Positions 1 to 13,169 of a DNA stretch of 64,000 nucleotides are shown in pieces. This stretch comes from Carcharhinus longimanus. Taxonomy: Eukaryota. Both the position numbers and the translations under genes were made by a program. Within the stretch, counting starts at the first letter, position 1. Every line of letters starts with the position of its first letter. The stretch spans positions 26,798,570 through 26,862,569 of the forward strand of contig JASCQW010000146.1 in NCBI GenBank assembly GCA_030264375.1, written 5' to 3'. Under the pieces are notes generated by a model. That model did not search any database, had not been told where the DNA came from, and saw only the letters and a program-made list of their open reading frames with translations.

Positions 1-1963
1 AAAGCAGCCAAGGTTTACTCTACAGATTGTTTTTCTTTCCCTCCCCACCTTTTCTCCTGTCCTATTTTATTTCTGATTATAAAATGGCATATGGGTAGCA
101 CAGGACACATGATGAATTGGAGAAAATAAATATAACAAGGGGTTTTTTGTACTGTGTGTCAGAGCAGCCCATTCTTCTGTGATTAAAAAAAAGCACCTAA
201 AAGATAAAGATGGCCACTATTATAGGGAAAGCAAAAGGACCGAAACAATCTCTAGATACTGTTGTCAGCTGTGAAATTTGGAAAACAATGAAGCGCAACT
301 GCCATTAATAAAATGAGTGCCAGATTTGTAAATGGACACCATTAGAGATGCTGCTCAAATGCAGAATGTTCTGTTCAAGGACAGGCCTTTAAAGCCAATG
401 TTAATGAAGCATATTGCAGAGGATAGCCATCGCAAATGTAGACTACACGTGAACCTGCCTAGAAAAGGATGAAGCCTGATTGACAAACTACTTTCACATC
501 TTTCGTCATAATTATTTTTTAAATGCATAGATATCTTGATTAAGTTATTACAATGAGGAGTTAATGGTGGTATTAGCTGAAGTATTTGAATTTATAAGCC
601 AATTTAAAAAGGACTTTACTAAACTAGAGACATGTCCATGTTTTTCCACATTGTTATTGCGTAGCATTTATTGAAGAACCAAAATCAAGTTTTCTTTGCA
701 GAAAAGTTGATCACTAATAACATGCTCATTGTAACTTATCAACCTATACACAAGAACAATGAAAAACTACAGCTAATACACTGCTACCAACCTGCAATTT
801 CAGTTTCGATCATGCTAACATGCCACTCTCAATGGATTCTTCAGTATCACAAATTGCAATTTTTAGCAACATTTTTGTATTAAGGAATAATTTTGGGTTT
901 TCAAAAGGATGAAAAATGTGGGGTGTGGAAGTGCATAACTAGATTGAAGAGCTTTATGGATTTCTGTAATTTTAACCCAAACGTCTAGCAGTTTTCCTTT
1001 TATTGGTTCAGTGAATAACAAACTACCACTACATAAACAAAAAGTTAAGATTAATAGGTCAAATGACAAGCTGTTATTTATTCAGTGTTTTAGGTCTCAG
1101 AGTCTACTGGTTCTATAAAATGGACATGTAAAATTATAAAACTTCTTACAAACACAGAAAAAGGGTCACCATTTCTTGTTTAGTTCAGGGTGAAGCTTTT
1201 CAAGGCCGAGGAATTGATTATGTACTCTTGAATGCAACTTACATTTATTTTTATCAGCACATATTAATGGAAATTACTGTTTGTTACATTTTTCAACCAA
1301 AACTGTTTGCATAATTTCTTCACATTCATGAAGTTTTTCGTTGGAGGAGGAATTTGAGAAGAATTTATTTATAATCAGGTGCTGACTAAAACGTACCCCT
1401 AAATTTTGCTCAAACATTTTTATTAGTTCACTTTACAGGTTAAAGACTACATTTGAATATTTTAATAATTAATACAAGGCTATTTTTTCAGTACAACTGT
1501 GGTCCCTCAGTTTATAAGATATAAATATAAAGTTGTGTGCATAACTATTCACCTCATTCCAATTTCTTCAATATAAGTAACCAGCGTTTTTTTATTTTCA
1601 AAAGTTCTCATTAAATCTTCAAAAGCTGAAGATGTGATTATGAGGGTTAATTCCAACTGTGGTTTTGTGTCCTTTGCTAAGATTCTTGTATTATATCCAT
1701 TTTGTTCACAAAGCTCTGCGAGAGAAAATGTACTGTTTAAACAAGGTTGTAGCAAACAAACTACGTCAGGACCTTGCTCACAGTATTTTTCACTAAATTT
1801 GAAATACAACTGCGTTGTCTTTTGACTAGAACTACTTAGAAATCCAAACAATGAAGTCAAGCAACTGACCTACAGAAGACATTGTATTTCTGAATCTGTA
1901 AACCTGAGTTCAAGTTGAACCACATAACATACTACAGTTCACAAACAGTTAAATTCAACTTAC

Positions 1964-2009
1964 CTTTAAGCGTTGCAATTTCATTTAGAAAGGTTTGATA
2001 TGACTTCAT
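1964..2009 (-). CDS. Alternative first coding exon of spectraplakin (MACF1/DST), plectin-1e-like, MKSYQTFLNEIATLK+G
   Basis: The minus strand reads ATG AAG TCA TAT CAA ACC TTT CTA AAT GAA ATT GCA ACG CTT AAA G|gtaagt, with a consensus donor. It is phase 1, like the 49.8-kb exon and as needed to form the D of DERD. It resembles plectin 1e MDPSRAIQNEISSLK|D (NEIxxLK). Confidence 0.7.
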
Positions 2010-2869
2010 AGAGGTAAGTGTTTTAGTTCTGTTTGCAATCTTAATCCAGGGTAGAATACAAGTGACTTACATGTACCCCACCATATTAATGGCACAGGAA
2101 TTAAACCTTGACCACACTGTACTGCTGATGTCATACATGGCTCAGACTGAGGCTTTTCTATTTCCTTGTTTATTCAAAAGAAGTGAACCAAATAACACAC
2201 GTCTTCAACTGGACTTTAAAACAGATAGATAACATTGCAAAATTGTTGAATCGGTTTATGGTTTTTCACCTCTTGGACTCACCCACCACCACAATACAAT
2301 ACCAGTATCACTGCTGGCAGATATCTAAATTGATCTCCATAATATTATCTTTGATTAATTCAGTGCTTGCCTGCTAAAGCTGATTCTATTTTCTGTAAAT
2401 GGATGCCTTGACAAGTAGTAAATTTTCCTTTGCCCTTTGCCACATAGCCACAAGATTATGTATAATAAAATGAGTGTAAAACTGATGGCACGATATTAGA
2501 AACAAGCATAAAATACAGGGTTAAAAATAGAATCCTGCAGCATTATACTGTGGTTTTTAAGATACAAAAATTTGACCCTGGATGATCAAGATTACGGCCA
2601 GAAAATTTTAGTTTGCACCTGTTTGTCAGGAATGCGTCATTACAGAGTAGCATTCATGTTGCAATTCCAGAACACAATCATTATATAAGTTTCCAATTTG
2701 CATATATTACACAAGTGTTGGATAGACTCGATTATATCTTGTACAGTTTTTACAGTACAGATAATTATATTTAAAAACAACATTAAGGAGGGCAATAAAG
2801 ATCTAGAATGAGGACTCTAGTTGTGGAAGTCTTGATTTGGTAGCTCTTAGATAGAAATTTTTTTTTAAA

Positions 2870-3600
2870 ATCTACATATTAATGGAATGTGGCCATTATT
2901 GGTATTTCAAACAGTCCTTCACGGTGATGGTGAGCCATCTTGTTGAATCACTACAGTCCATGTGGCCTTGAACTTCCTTTGTAAAACTGTAGAGTATCTA
3001 GTATTTTAACCCAGAAAGTGAACAAACAATGATATGGTTCTAAGACAGGACGATGGTATTCTCATATCTGCTGCCCTGTTCTTCCAGGTGCTTTAGGTCA
3101 TGTTTTTGGAAGATGTTGTTGAAGGAACCTTGGAAAATTGCTGCAATGCAGCTTGTAGATGGTGTACATTGCTGTTAAAGTACACTGGAGTGAAAGAGGT
3201 GATGAATGGGACACCAAACAGATGTTTTATCCTGGATGATGTTGAGCTGCTTGACCTTTATTGGAACTGCACAAGTCCAGACAAATAGATGTTATTCCAT
3301 CACACTTGACGTGTACCTTGTGGCTGGTGGACAGACTTTAGGGAGTTGGAGATTTACTTACTGCAGAATTCACAACTTCTGGCCGGCCTTTGCAGCCAGC
3401 GTTTGAATGGATCAGTTTAATTTTGATCAACAGTAATCTTCACTGTGTAATCGTCAATAAACATTTCCACTTCTGACTGTAGGATGGAGGGGAGGTCACT
3501 GACAAAGTAGCTGCAGATAGCTGGGCCCAATACATTATCCTGAGACCTTGGTCAGAGCAAGAGCCATATCAAGCTGTGAAAGCATGCTTTCCGTGATACA
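2870..3600 (-). mobile_element. Degenerate LINE 3' end (L2/CR1-like shark family)
   Basis: Matches the recalled reverse-strand tail (ggtggtgagcc..tcttgaa..cagtccatgtg). A similar copy lies at 44570-46110. Confidence 0.6.
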
Positions 3601-4680
3601 TCTATAAAAATTGCGAAGTCATAGTGGACATGTAGGGTTTCCTTAGCCTTCTGAGAAGATCGAGGGATTGATGAGCTTTCTTAACCAAAGGGTCAGTGTG
3701 GAGGGACCAGGACAGATTGTTGGTGATCTGAACACCGAGAGCCTTGAACTTTGACCATCTCAACTTCAGCACCATTGATGTAGATGAGGCCATGTCCTCC
3801 ATTATGTTTCCTGATGTTGATAACTAGCTCCTTTGTTTTACTGACATTGTGGGAGAGATTCTTGTTGTCACATCATTTCACCAAATTCATTATCTTTTTC
3901 CTGTATTCCATCTCGTTGTTTGAGATCTGACACACTACAGCGGTGCCACCAGCAAACTTGAAGATGGAGTTGGAGCATAATTTGGCCATGCAGTCATAAG
4001 TGAATATAGTGAGAGGCTAGTATAGCCTTGCAGGGCACTAGTGTTGAGGATAATCGTAGAGGAGGTGTCGTTGTTTATCCTTACTGATTGCAGTCTATGG
4101 GTTAGGAAGCTGAGGATCCAGTCGCAGAAGAAGGAGAAGAGTCCTGAGCCACAGGGTTTGGAAATGAGTTTTGTTGGAATTATGGTGAAGACTGAGCTGC
4201 AGTCAATAAACAGGAGGCTAATATAAAAGTGTTCTTGTTATCCAGCTGTTCCAGGGTTAAGTACAAGGCTAGTGAGATACTGTCTGCTGGTGTTGCAGCA
4301 AAAAGCGAACTGTAGTGGGCCCAGGCCATCTGGATGACTGAAGTTGATGTGAGCCACAACTAACCTTTCGAAGTACTTCATAATGATGGATGTCAGAGCC
4401 AGCGGGTGGTAGTTCTTAAGGCATGCAGCCTGGCTTCTCTCTTCTGGATCATCCATTTGGCCTCTGATTGTGGATGATTGCAAATGCTTCAGCCTCATCT
4501 TTTGCACTGACATGCTGGTTTCCATATTCATTGAGAATTGGGATTTTTTGGAGCAGCCTCCTCTGCTGTTCAACTGTCCACTGCCATTCATGACCTGTGG
4601 CAGGAATGGAGAGTTTTGATCTGCTCTGTTCATTATGGGATCACTTAAGCATTGTGTAACATGCATGTATTCTTGCGTTG
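3560..4680 (-). mobile_element. Rex1/Babar-clade LINE RT fragment
   Basis: Minus-strand peptides NYHPLALTSIIMKYFERLV..LGPLQFAF and FKALGVQITNNLSWSLHT..VKKAHQ..LRRLRK are typical of Rex1/Babar RT; frameshifted. Confidence 0.8.
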
Positions 4681-5189
4681 TAGCTACACCACATTAGCAT
4701 TTCCTATTGAGTTTTGTTGCTACTCACACATTTCCTACGTTTCAATTTCTTTCTGTAATTTTTCTTTATACTTCACATTTTCTCTTGTTACCTGGAGCTG
4801 TTTTTCCCTCATCTTGTTCCTCCAATAATTTAAAACTCTTCTTGTTTCACTAGTACCATCTTTTAGAGCCAATTAGATATGGTTGGTCCCATACAAGCGG
4901 AGTAAAAATTCACCTTGCAGCCTTTATGTACCAGTATTTCTTTCTCCCTGTGGTTCTGTTCACTTCATCACACTCTTCAGTAGCAACAAAATTCATTTCC
5001 AGATAAAGTTCAAGGAATCATTATTATTTTCATACCATGAAACTCAAAATATTAAAATATATTTCTTCAATGTGCAATTAGATTTTTTTTATACTTGTAA
5101 AGAATTACTGTTGAAGTAACAAAGACAAGACCATTGTTTTTCAGGAATTTAAGTGTGCTGTTCAAATACTTTAAATACAGCTTACAAAG

Positions 5190-5408
5190 TCAGATGAAGG
5201 GGCACTGCTTTGAAAGTTCGTGCTGCCAAATAAATCTGTTGGACTTTAACCTGGTGTTTTAGACTACTTACTATGGGTAAAATGGGTATAGAGGGATATG
5301 GGCTAAATGCAAACAATTGGGATTAGCTTAAGGGTTTAAAAAAAAAGAAAGGATGGCATAGACAAGTTGGGCCGAAGGGCCTGTTTCCATGCTATAAACC
5401 TCTATGAC
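5190..5408 (+). mobile_element. Penelope-like terminal fragment followed by CR1 3' tail
   Basis: 5190-5272 (aaataaatctgttggactttaacctggtgtt) matches one arm of the 13.6-kb hairpin. 5275-5408 matches the CR1 tail at 37490-37620. Confidence 0.65.
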
Positions 5409-5770
5409 ACGTTAACCACAGACTTAACTGGATGCAGCAAAATGCAATTATTGATGTGACATACCCTACTGACTAGAGAGGTTTACTGATGGGATGGTAA
5501 CAGATATTTGGTGACTACCCTATTAAGTTTCTGCCTAAAAGCAGCACGCTGAGCTCTGCATTCCAATGATGCATCTTAAACAAGAAATGTGTCACGAAAA
5601 GGCAGCAGTCAATTTTCTGTGGTAGGCTGATCCACATTAAGTGAATGTACCATTTTGTTTCAGATATTTAGTTTGAACATATTTGTTAAAAGGAATTTAC
5701 AAAATACTGACACCAATTTCCTGTGCGCTGGAACATGGCCCAAATAAATTGGAAAATGGATCTGAAATAG

Positions 5771-6010
5771 NNNNNNNNNNNNNNNNNNNNNNNNNNNNNN
5801 NNNNNNNNNNNNNNNNNNNNNNNNNNNNNNNNNNNNNNNNNNNNNNNNNNNNNNNNNNNNNNNNNNNNNNNNNNNNNNNNNNNNNNNNNNNNNNNNNNNN
5901 NNNNNNNNNNNNNNNNNNNNNNNNNNNNNNNNNNNNNNNNNNNNNNNNNNNNNNNNNNNNNNNNNNNNNNNNNNNNNNNNNNNNNNNNNNNNNNNNNNNN
6001 NNNNNNNNNN
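5771..6010. other. Assembly gap. Other gaps: 17568-17667, 27783-28521, 34484-34583, 45032-45131, 46291-46390, 51165-51264, 58892-58991, 60298-60343, 60625-60634
   Basis: Runs of N, mostly inside repeats. Confidence 0.98.
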
Positions 6011-6439
6011 TCATTCTTTTTTGAATGTAAACATCCTCAATCCACAGGCTTACTACTTTTCTTGGCAGCATTATAAGCCTCTTCCATTTTGAAGAGCCCT
6101 TTGACCAAAAAGGTTTGAGAGCCATTGGTTTATTCATCCTATAAAACGGATGAATAAACTAGAGCAAGCTTTATTATTCCATATGCTGTTACAGGAAGTG
6201 TCTTCTGTTTGCTAACAAAAGCACTGACCTGCGCAGCACTTGATAAGAAGCATGGAGATTTCCATCCACACCCAATAAGTAATTAAAAACAAACAAGTTG
6301 TCACCACTTTGTAAATATCCTGAGAGCTTTGTATTGTTAACCTTGGTAGAAACCAAAAGAAAAATGGACGCTATTAAAATGTGATGGATACATTTAGTCA
6401 GCTATAGCCCCTCACATAGCCACAGTTCTACCCATTGTC

Positions 6440-6990
6440 AGACTAATGCTTCCGAGACAGTCTCACTATGGCAGCTGGAGAATTGAAATTGAATTAATTA
6501 ATAAATCTGGAATTAAAAGCTAGTCTTGGTAACGATCATAGCAGCTGGATTATTGTAGAAACCCATCTGCTTTATGAATACCCTTAAGGGAAAATATCTG
6601 CCACCCTTACCCAGTCTGGTCTACATGCAACTCCAAACCAACAGCGATATGATCGATTCTTAACTGCCTTCTCAAATGGCCAGGCAAGCCAAGTCACTTG
6701 TATCAAACTTCACCAGAAAAGCTGAACAAGAATAAAACTGACAGATCATCCGGCATCAACCTAGACAGTGGAAACAGCAAAGGCACATCCAACTAAATTG
6801 GCCCTAACATCTAGGGAATTGAGCCAACATTGGGAGAGTTGTCCTTCAGGCTAGTCAAGCAGCTTGGAAGTAGTAACTCAGGGAAGCAAGAGCACAGCAT
6901 TTATTCCAATTATGTACTACTACATAATCACAGTCACCAAATCATATCTTACAGCCAACGTCCCAGATTTCTATCACCATTCAAAAGGTA
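6440..6990 (+). mobile_element. 5' portion of a LINE sharing its head with the 8850 SINE (degenerate)
   Basis: cccatctg...ccttacccagtctggtctacatg is shared with 8995-9070. It is followed by a degenerate endonuclease start (aacatctaggga..ttgggagagttgtcc..ctagtcaagcag). Confidence 0.55.
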
Positions 6991-7059
6991 GCAGTGCAAT
7001 AGTATTGTTAGGGCAAGTTTTAAGCACTTAGTAGTAGTACTCAAGAAGCAAGAGCACAG

Positions 7060-8170
7060 CATGTACTCCAGTTGGAAACTTCAGTATTCACCACCAAGGG
7101 TGGCTCAGACATGCACAACTGACCGGAGCTGGCAGTCTGAATGGCATACCTGCCAGACTTGGATGTGCAGATGAGATGAGGACCAACGAGAAAGAAACCC
7201 ATCTGACCTCCTCCCACCAATGTACCTATTGTTGGTGCATTTGTCAAAAACAATTGGGAGGAGTGACCACCACACAGTCTTCAAGACAAAGTTTCACTAT
7301 CACAAAGATGCCCTCAAGTTGTTTGGCAGTACAGTACCCGAGTACTGCTGAAGAAATACATTTTTCTCAAAATTTTGTCATGCACTCATCAGGACATTAA
7401 CAACAATACAATGCAAGGGTGATCGACAAATTTATGCTGTATGAGATGAGAATGCTTATTAGTTGGCAAGTGGACTCTCAATGTCAGAGGTATGCAGAAT
7501 GTACCAGTTTGTTGGTGACAGACAGTTAACTACCAGGCACTATTTGAAATTTAAACCAGGCAGCTTGGCTGATTATGGCATTCCCTGAACCAGCAAATGG
7601 CTGTCAATTATTTTGTTTAGTTAAAACAGGCACAACATGCGTGTGTATTATACCTGTCTGCAGAGAACAGGACTGTGTATTAACAGATGCAGTTTCCAGT
7701 ACAAGCAACATGCCACTTAATGGTCATTTGTTTCCATTCCAGTTGGATAAGTTTCAAGATGGCCAATAAGTCCAACATGTAATTTATGGACTCTGCCATG
7801 TGGGGGTCAAGTGGTGTTTGAAGGGTTGGGAAGGCAAGTTATTTGGAAGTCAACATGTTGACTTCATCTCTGAAAAAAGTCTCTCAGCATGTTCAGTGCC
7901 TTTCCAAACAAACCTTTTCCATTTGGTCAGTCACAAGCCAGGGTCTCCAACGTTAATGAGTTTGTTTGCACTCTTCATGGATGCTCAAGGACATCTCCAA
8001 TGCGTTTGCATTGTCCTCCTGTGAGTCTTCTGTCACGACCCAGCTCAGTAGAGCAATTGCCTCAGGAGTCTGGTGTCAGGCATACAAATGACATGCCAAC
8101 CCAGTGAAGCTGATTCTGAATGATTAGCACCTCGAAGCTGGCCAAATTGGCTTGGGAGAAGACACCCAAT
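7060..8170 (-). mobile_element. RTE-like LINE 3' fragment interrupted by another repeat (~7440-7720)
   Basis: Minus strand encodes degenerate QLHWVGMS..MPDTRLLRQLLY.ELG...GGQCKR and C...GLxSH-type C-terminal motifs. Confidence 0.6.
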
Positions 8171-8851
8171 TATATAATTGCTACAGTTTCCATTATAAAG
8201 TATCCATGATGACTCAAAGCTTTGTTAATCTGTGTTCTCCAAGATTTTCCATTGCTTTAAATTATTGCAAAGTGAATTTTCAATTAAATGTGAATTTCTA
8301 GCAATATGAATACTTGCAGGAATGACTGCGTTAAAATTTGTTTTAGTAATCAGAATCTTGATTAGCCAAATGGCCTCCTTCAGTATTCTATTATGTTGTG
8401 ATTACAGAAATCAATATTTTCTCATTCAATTTTCTCCTCTCCTCTGCTAGATTAGACTCCCTCCAATACCTTGTATATGGTATCAATTTTCAAATACAAT
8501 ATGACCTAGCTCGGCTCCATCATACTCTCATTTGATGTCCATACATATGCACTTTGCAGGGAGGCTCACCAGGTAATAATGATAAAGAATATTTCTAGAT
8601 CACTTTTCACCTTTGGACAGGAGTAACAAGAACATTTGCCAAATTCTTTCAACATTCTACCGAGACAAATGCTGCATACATCACAGGGATCAAACTTTGG
8701 ACAACTATACTGCTGAGCATTCTAGTGGTGGGCACATTGCAATTATCTACCAACTACTAAATGCACACAAGACTCCAATTTTAATAGGGTTCTTCAAAAT
8801 GATGCATATTTGTTACACTGAATAATATTTTATTTACAATTTCTATTCGTA

Positions 8852-9168
8852 GGGTGGCGGTGGTATAGTAAAATTGTCACTTGACTTGTAATACAAAGGT
8901 CCGGGGTAATGTTCTGGGGACTCAGGTTCAATGCCATCAATAAAAATCCGGAATTAAAATTCTATTGTGACCAAAAAATCATTGTCGTAAAAACCCATCT
9001 GGTCCACTAATGTCCTTTGGAGAGGGAAATGTACCATCCTTACCTGGTCTGCCCTACATGTGACTCCAGATTCATGGCAAACTACACAGTTCAAGGGCAA
9101 TTAGGGACATGCAATAAATGCTGGCTCAGCTAATGTCACCTACATCCCACGTGCGAATAAAAAAAAAT
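8852..9168 (+). mobile_element. Shark tRNA-derived SINE with A-rich tail
   Basis: A-box/B-box-like head (ggtggtatagt...ggttcaa), body ccttacctggtctg..catgtgactccaga, tail gcaataaatgctggc...gaataaaaaaaa. Confidence 0.75.
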
Positions 9169-11492
9169 TCCTTTACTTGGCCAGCACCTCCATTTCTGTT
9201 ATTTTGTCAAGGAATAATTACCCGATACAGAGTAAAAAGATTGCATCCTTAAACATTTTGCTGCATCGCCTGATCAGTGCCATCTTTGAAAATATTGGGA
9301 CCTAAAAGTCCATAGCATCGGTTATTTCAAACAGATGGAGAATGCTATACAAGGTGCAGTTTGATAGGCACAAATCTCCTTTTTTTCAGTATTCAGTTTT
9401 ACAGTATTCATAAAGATGTGCAATTTGCCTTGAAGCTAAAAGACAGTATTGAAATTTACCTTGAAGTGAAATACGTGATTAATTAGTCGAATTTCTTAAC
9501 TATTAATACAAGCATTATGAAAAATGCTGAGCAGGCATATAGACAGATTAGATCAGAGCTGTGTTCATGAAATGGGATGGTGGGGAGTGTTCAATGAGTT
9601 TCTGAAACTTGCGGCTTTTTTGTCTGTTTCCCACAATAGATAGTAGACGAATGACAAAGAGGACACCCATCAGGTCAGAGCCCACAGAACAGGCCGCAAC
9701 CAAAGAGCAGGTAGGTCTGGTATGGGGTGTGAGCAGGGGGTGGGAAAATAATGAATTTCAATGGTTCAACTGATTGAAATAATCTGAGTAGTTCCCAACA
9801 GAAACAGCACAGCAGGCTTTGTAAGCTAACATCTCCATACACAAATTCCAAGAATTTTAGTCGAATTGACAAAAACAGGTGCAAATAGATTTCTCCAGAC
9901 CTTAGGACAGCTTCTAAGCAACACCCTTTTTAAATAACTGAATAACTTTAAATACAAAATCTCCTTTACCTCCAAATAACTATTTTTTAATTGCATGAGG
10001 CGTTCAGTTTGCATGGCCAAAACGTATAAAACTAAAATACTGGAAGTCACATAGTTTTTTTTTAATCTGTTCAAGCAATGGGATTAAAAAAAGTGACAAT
10101 GTAAAATCTGTAAGATATCATACGAGGATTTGCCAAACTGAAAAAAAATCAGCTGCAACAATGCATCATGTCTATTAATTTTATCTGTTCTAAATAAAGC
10201 CTGTGTTCATGATAATTATCATGAAGTCAAAGTTTTTTTGAAAGCCATGACATTAAAAAAGGTCCTTCCTGGATAGCAATTTTGAATCCAATTCAACAAA
10301 AAAGGGGCTTGCAAAATAGCCAACTGAATGTAAAATAACTGGAGAATCTGTTGAGCACTTAAAATTGCTGTGTCTGCAGCCATGAAGAGATCAGACATTG
10401 GAATGCAGTCCTCAAATATCCATGACAGGTGCAGCTTTCATTCTGCCTGTGAAACACTCTATAGGCTACTATAGATAAGCAGGTGAAAGACAACTGAACC
10501 ATAGGATCTTTAAATATGTTTGCATTATTAAAGTCAGACAGCAATCACACTTTGAATGACAGGCACAGGTGTAAAAACTTGCAATTCTTTATACATCAAA
10601 ATTTTTCTCAGCTCCAGGAAAAGTGGAAACACATTTTTCTGAAGTGCACAAATTCCACATGCTAATCTTGAACAGTATTTTCTAATAACTGCACAACAAA
10701 AAATTGCCAAAATTAAGTTATAACTAGGGAGACAGCAACAATTGTTATCTGATGTGATCTGTGCACTCAAGAGACATAATTTACAATGTGTTTTCTTTTT
10801 CAAAAATCTAACATACATGCAAGGTTTCAAAATGTTGGCAGTCATGGCCAATTGCAGTTTCAACATTTTAGAAAAATTCTACAGCCTTAGACAGCCCCAA
10901 TCAAGGCAGCCCTTTGAATTAGTGTCTTGACACCATATCGTATGTGAATTGGAAGTTCTAACTTGGACACAGGCCCCAAATACATTTAATGTTTCATCAA
11001 GATTGTAGTTTCATTGTATTTAAAAATATTTCTAGTGGTTGGCTTAAAATCACATTTTCTAGGATTGCATTTAGTTTTGCTTAGATAATTGGGCAAAAGG
11101 AAGTAGCAATAATCCAAAAATTTTAACTTTCACAAGTAATCTTCAATGCCAGAATCGTGTTGTCTTACACATTCTCTTCTCTCAAAGTATAGGTTGCTCA
11201 GAGTTGGTCCAGCTAACCAACAGCTAATGGCTAGTTACCTCAGTTTTCATGTTTTAAATGAGCATAAAAGGGTATTATGCTAAAGAGATATTTAATGTTG
11301 CAAAACTTGGAAATTAATGCAGGAGGTAAGTAATAATATATGCAAAATGTACAATCACAGTTTGAGGGCCGTGCAGATCTAGGACCAAAAGTTCTATACT
11401 CTAGTTTTCCATGGAAAATTTGCCTGCCAAGAAAAAATGGGCTTCAAAGTATTTCTGATTTCAATGCATGAGTGAGAAAATCTCTCTCCAGC

Positions 11493-11493
<1 letters not shown>

Positions 11494-11528
<35 letters not shown>
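11494..11528. repeat. (CA)n microsatellite
   Basis: Direct observation. Confidence 0.97.
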
Positions 11529-11530
<2 letters not shown>

Positions 11531-12084
11531 GATTACACGGGAAATGGAAGGGCAAAAAACAGTGCAATGCATAACAAACTGTGAGCAGCTGCTTCAACTT
11601 TTAAAAAATCCTTAAAATGCATTTTACTAAGCTAAAAACAGTGTTCCATGACTGCCAGAAATCAGTAGGTCTAAAACATCTTGGGTGGTGTTGACTACAA
11701 CATTTATTTAATGGTTTTCTAAAAATGATGGATGTCTCCAAACTCTGTCATCACTTCACTAACTTTTAAATACTTAACAATAGACATTAGCTGAAAATTC
11801 AAAATGTAACTCAGGAAGGGACAACAGTTTCTCAGAACAAAGTTATAATGAAGCTCAATATCTGAGCTACTTTAATGTCAAGAAAAACCCAAAGGCAAAA
11901 CATTGGCCCACAACTTCCAATCTCTGAATCATTGGGAGAGCAGCCCTACCAAATTCACTGGGACCCAGTGGAAGTCCAGGAGATGTGACCCACCCCCCTG
12001 TTCATCATACACCCCCCCAACCTAAGCTGACTAGACCTTGACCCCCCTCTTACCTCAATAATCTACCCATTCACACCAATCATT

Positions 12085-12545
12085 TATAGAATCATAGAAT
12101 CTTACAATGCAGAAGCAGGCTATTCGGCCCACCGAGTCTGCACTGACCACAATTCCACCCAGGTCTTATCCCCACAATCCGATGCATTTACCTTAGCTAG
12201 TCCCCCAACACTAATTTAGCATGTTAAAGGGGTCACTTTTAACATTTAAGAAAAGCTTGGAGGGTTTATGGATGAGAGGGGTGTGACGGGATATGGTCCA
12301 AGTGCAGGTCAGTGGGACTAGGCAAAAAAATGGGCCAAAAGGCCTGCTTCTGAGTTATAATTTTCTTTGGTTTCTATGGTTTCAATCCACCTAACCTGCA
12401 CATCTTTGGACTGCGGAAACAAACCAGAGCACAGGGAGGAGACCCATGCAGACACAAGGAGAATGTGCAAACTCCACACAGACTGTGAGCCAAGCCAGGA
12501 ATCGAACCCTGGTCCCTGGCACTAAGACAATGGTGCTAACCACCA
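12085..12545 (-). mobile_element. HE1-like SINE interrupted by a plus-strand CR1 3' tail (~12225-12382)
   Basis: Reverse complement of the SINE at 57051-57397. The two halves join across the insert (aatttagcatg|aatccacctaacc). Confidence 0.8.
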
Positions 12546-13169
12546 TTTAAAAACTTACTTCTCTCATCCTCCCTTCCCCATATTCTAGAATTACAATAGA
12601 ACTCTTTGTGGAATCGTACACCCAGGAATTCTGAAGAAGCTGTACTTGGAAGACTGAGGCAGATAAGCAAAGCACCATAGGTCACATATGACAAGTTCAA
12701 GCAGAGCAACTATTGCCAGTTGTGGAAGATCTAGACTGCTGTGTCTGTCCAACAATTTTAAAGTGGAAGGCCAAATAAAATGGAGATCATTGACCATGGC
12801 AGGTTTTCAAACATCTTCGTAATTGAAGGTGTTTAACATTCCTTCAGCGTGCCTTTAGTATTCATAATCATTGAGGGGGAAGGGAGATGAGAAAATAAAC
12901 ATTGCACTGGAGAAGCTGGCACCAAAACTTATGACTGTTGTATTTATATGAAGCCTGTGAAAATTATACATCAACGGTTACTTAGTCATGACATAAGTCG
13001 GACTGGAATGCATCATGATTGCACATGGCCATCAAAATGAGAAGCATTCTCTACTCAGAGGAGCACCCTCAATCAACTATTTAACAAGGATTCCAAAATA
13101 CAAAAACTCTGGGGAGTAATTCAAATATAAAAATTTTAACATCCAAGTTTGAAATTATAAATTTTATTA

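Noticed and set aside
11239-11250. ATG AAA ACT GAG|gtaact mini first exon
   Set aside because: Phase 0, incompatible with the phase-1 shared spectraplakin exon, and no homology. Similar phase-0 hits near 18312 and 20615 were also dropped.
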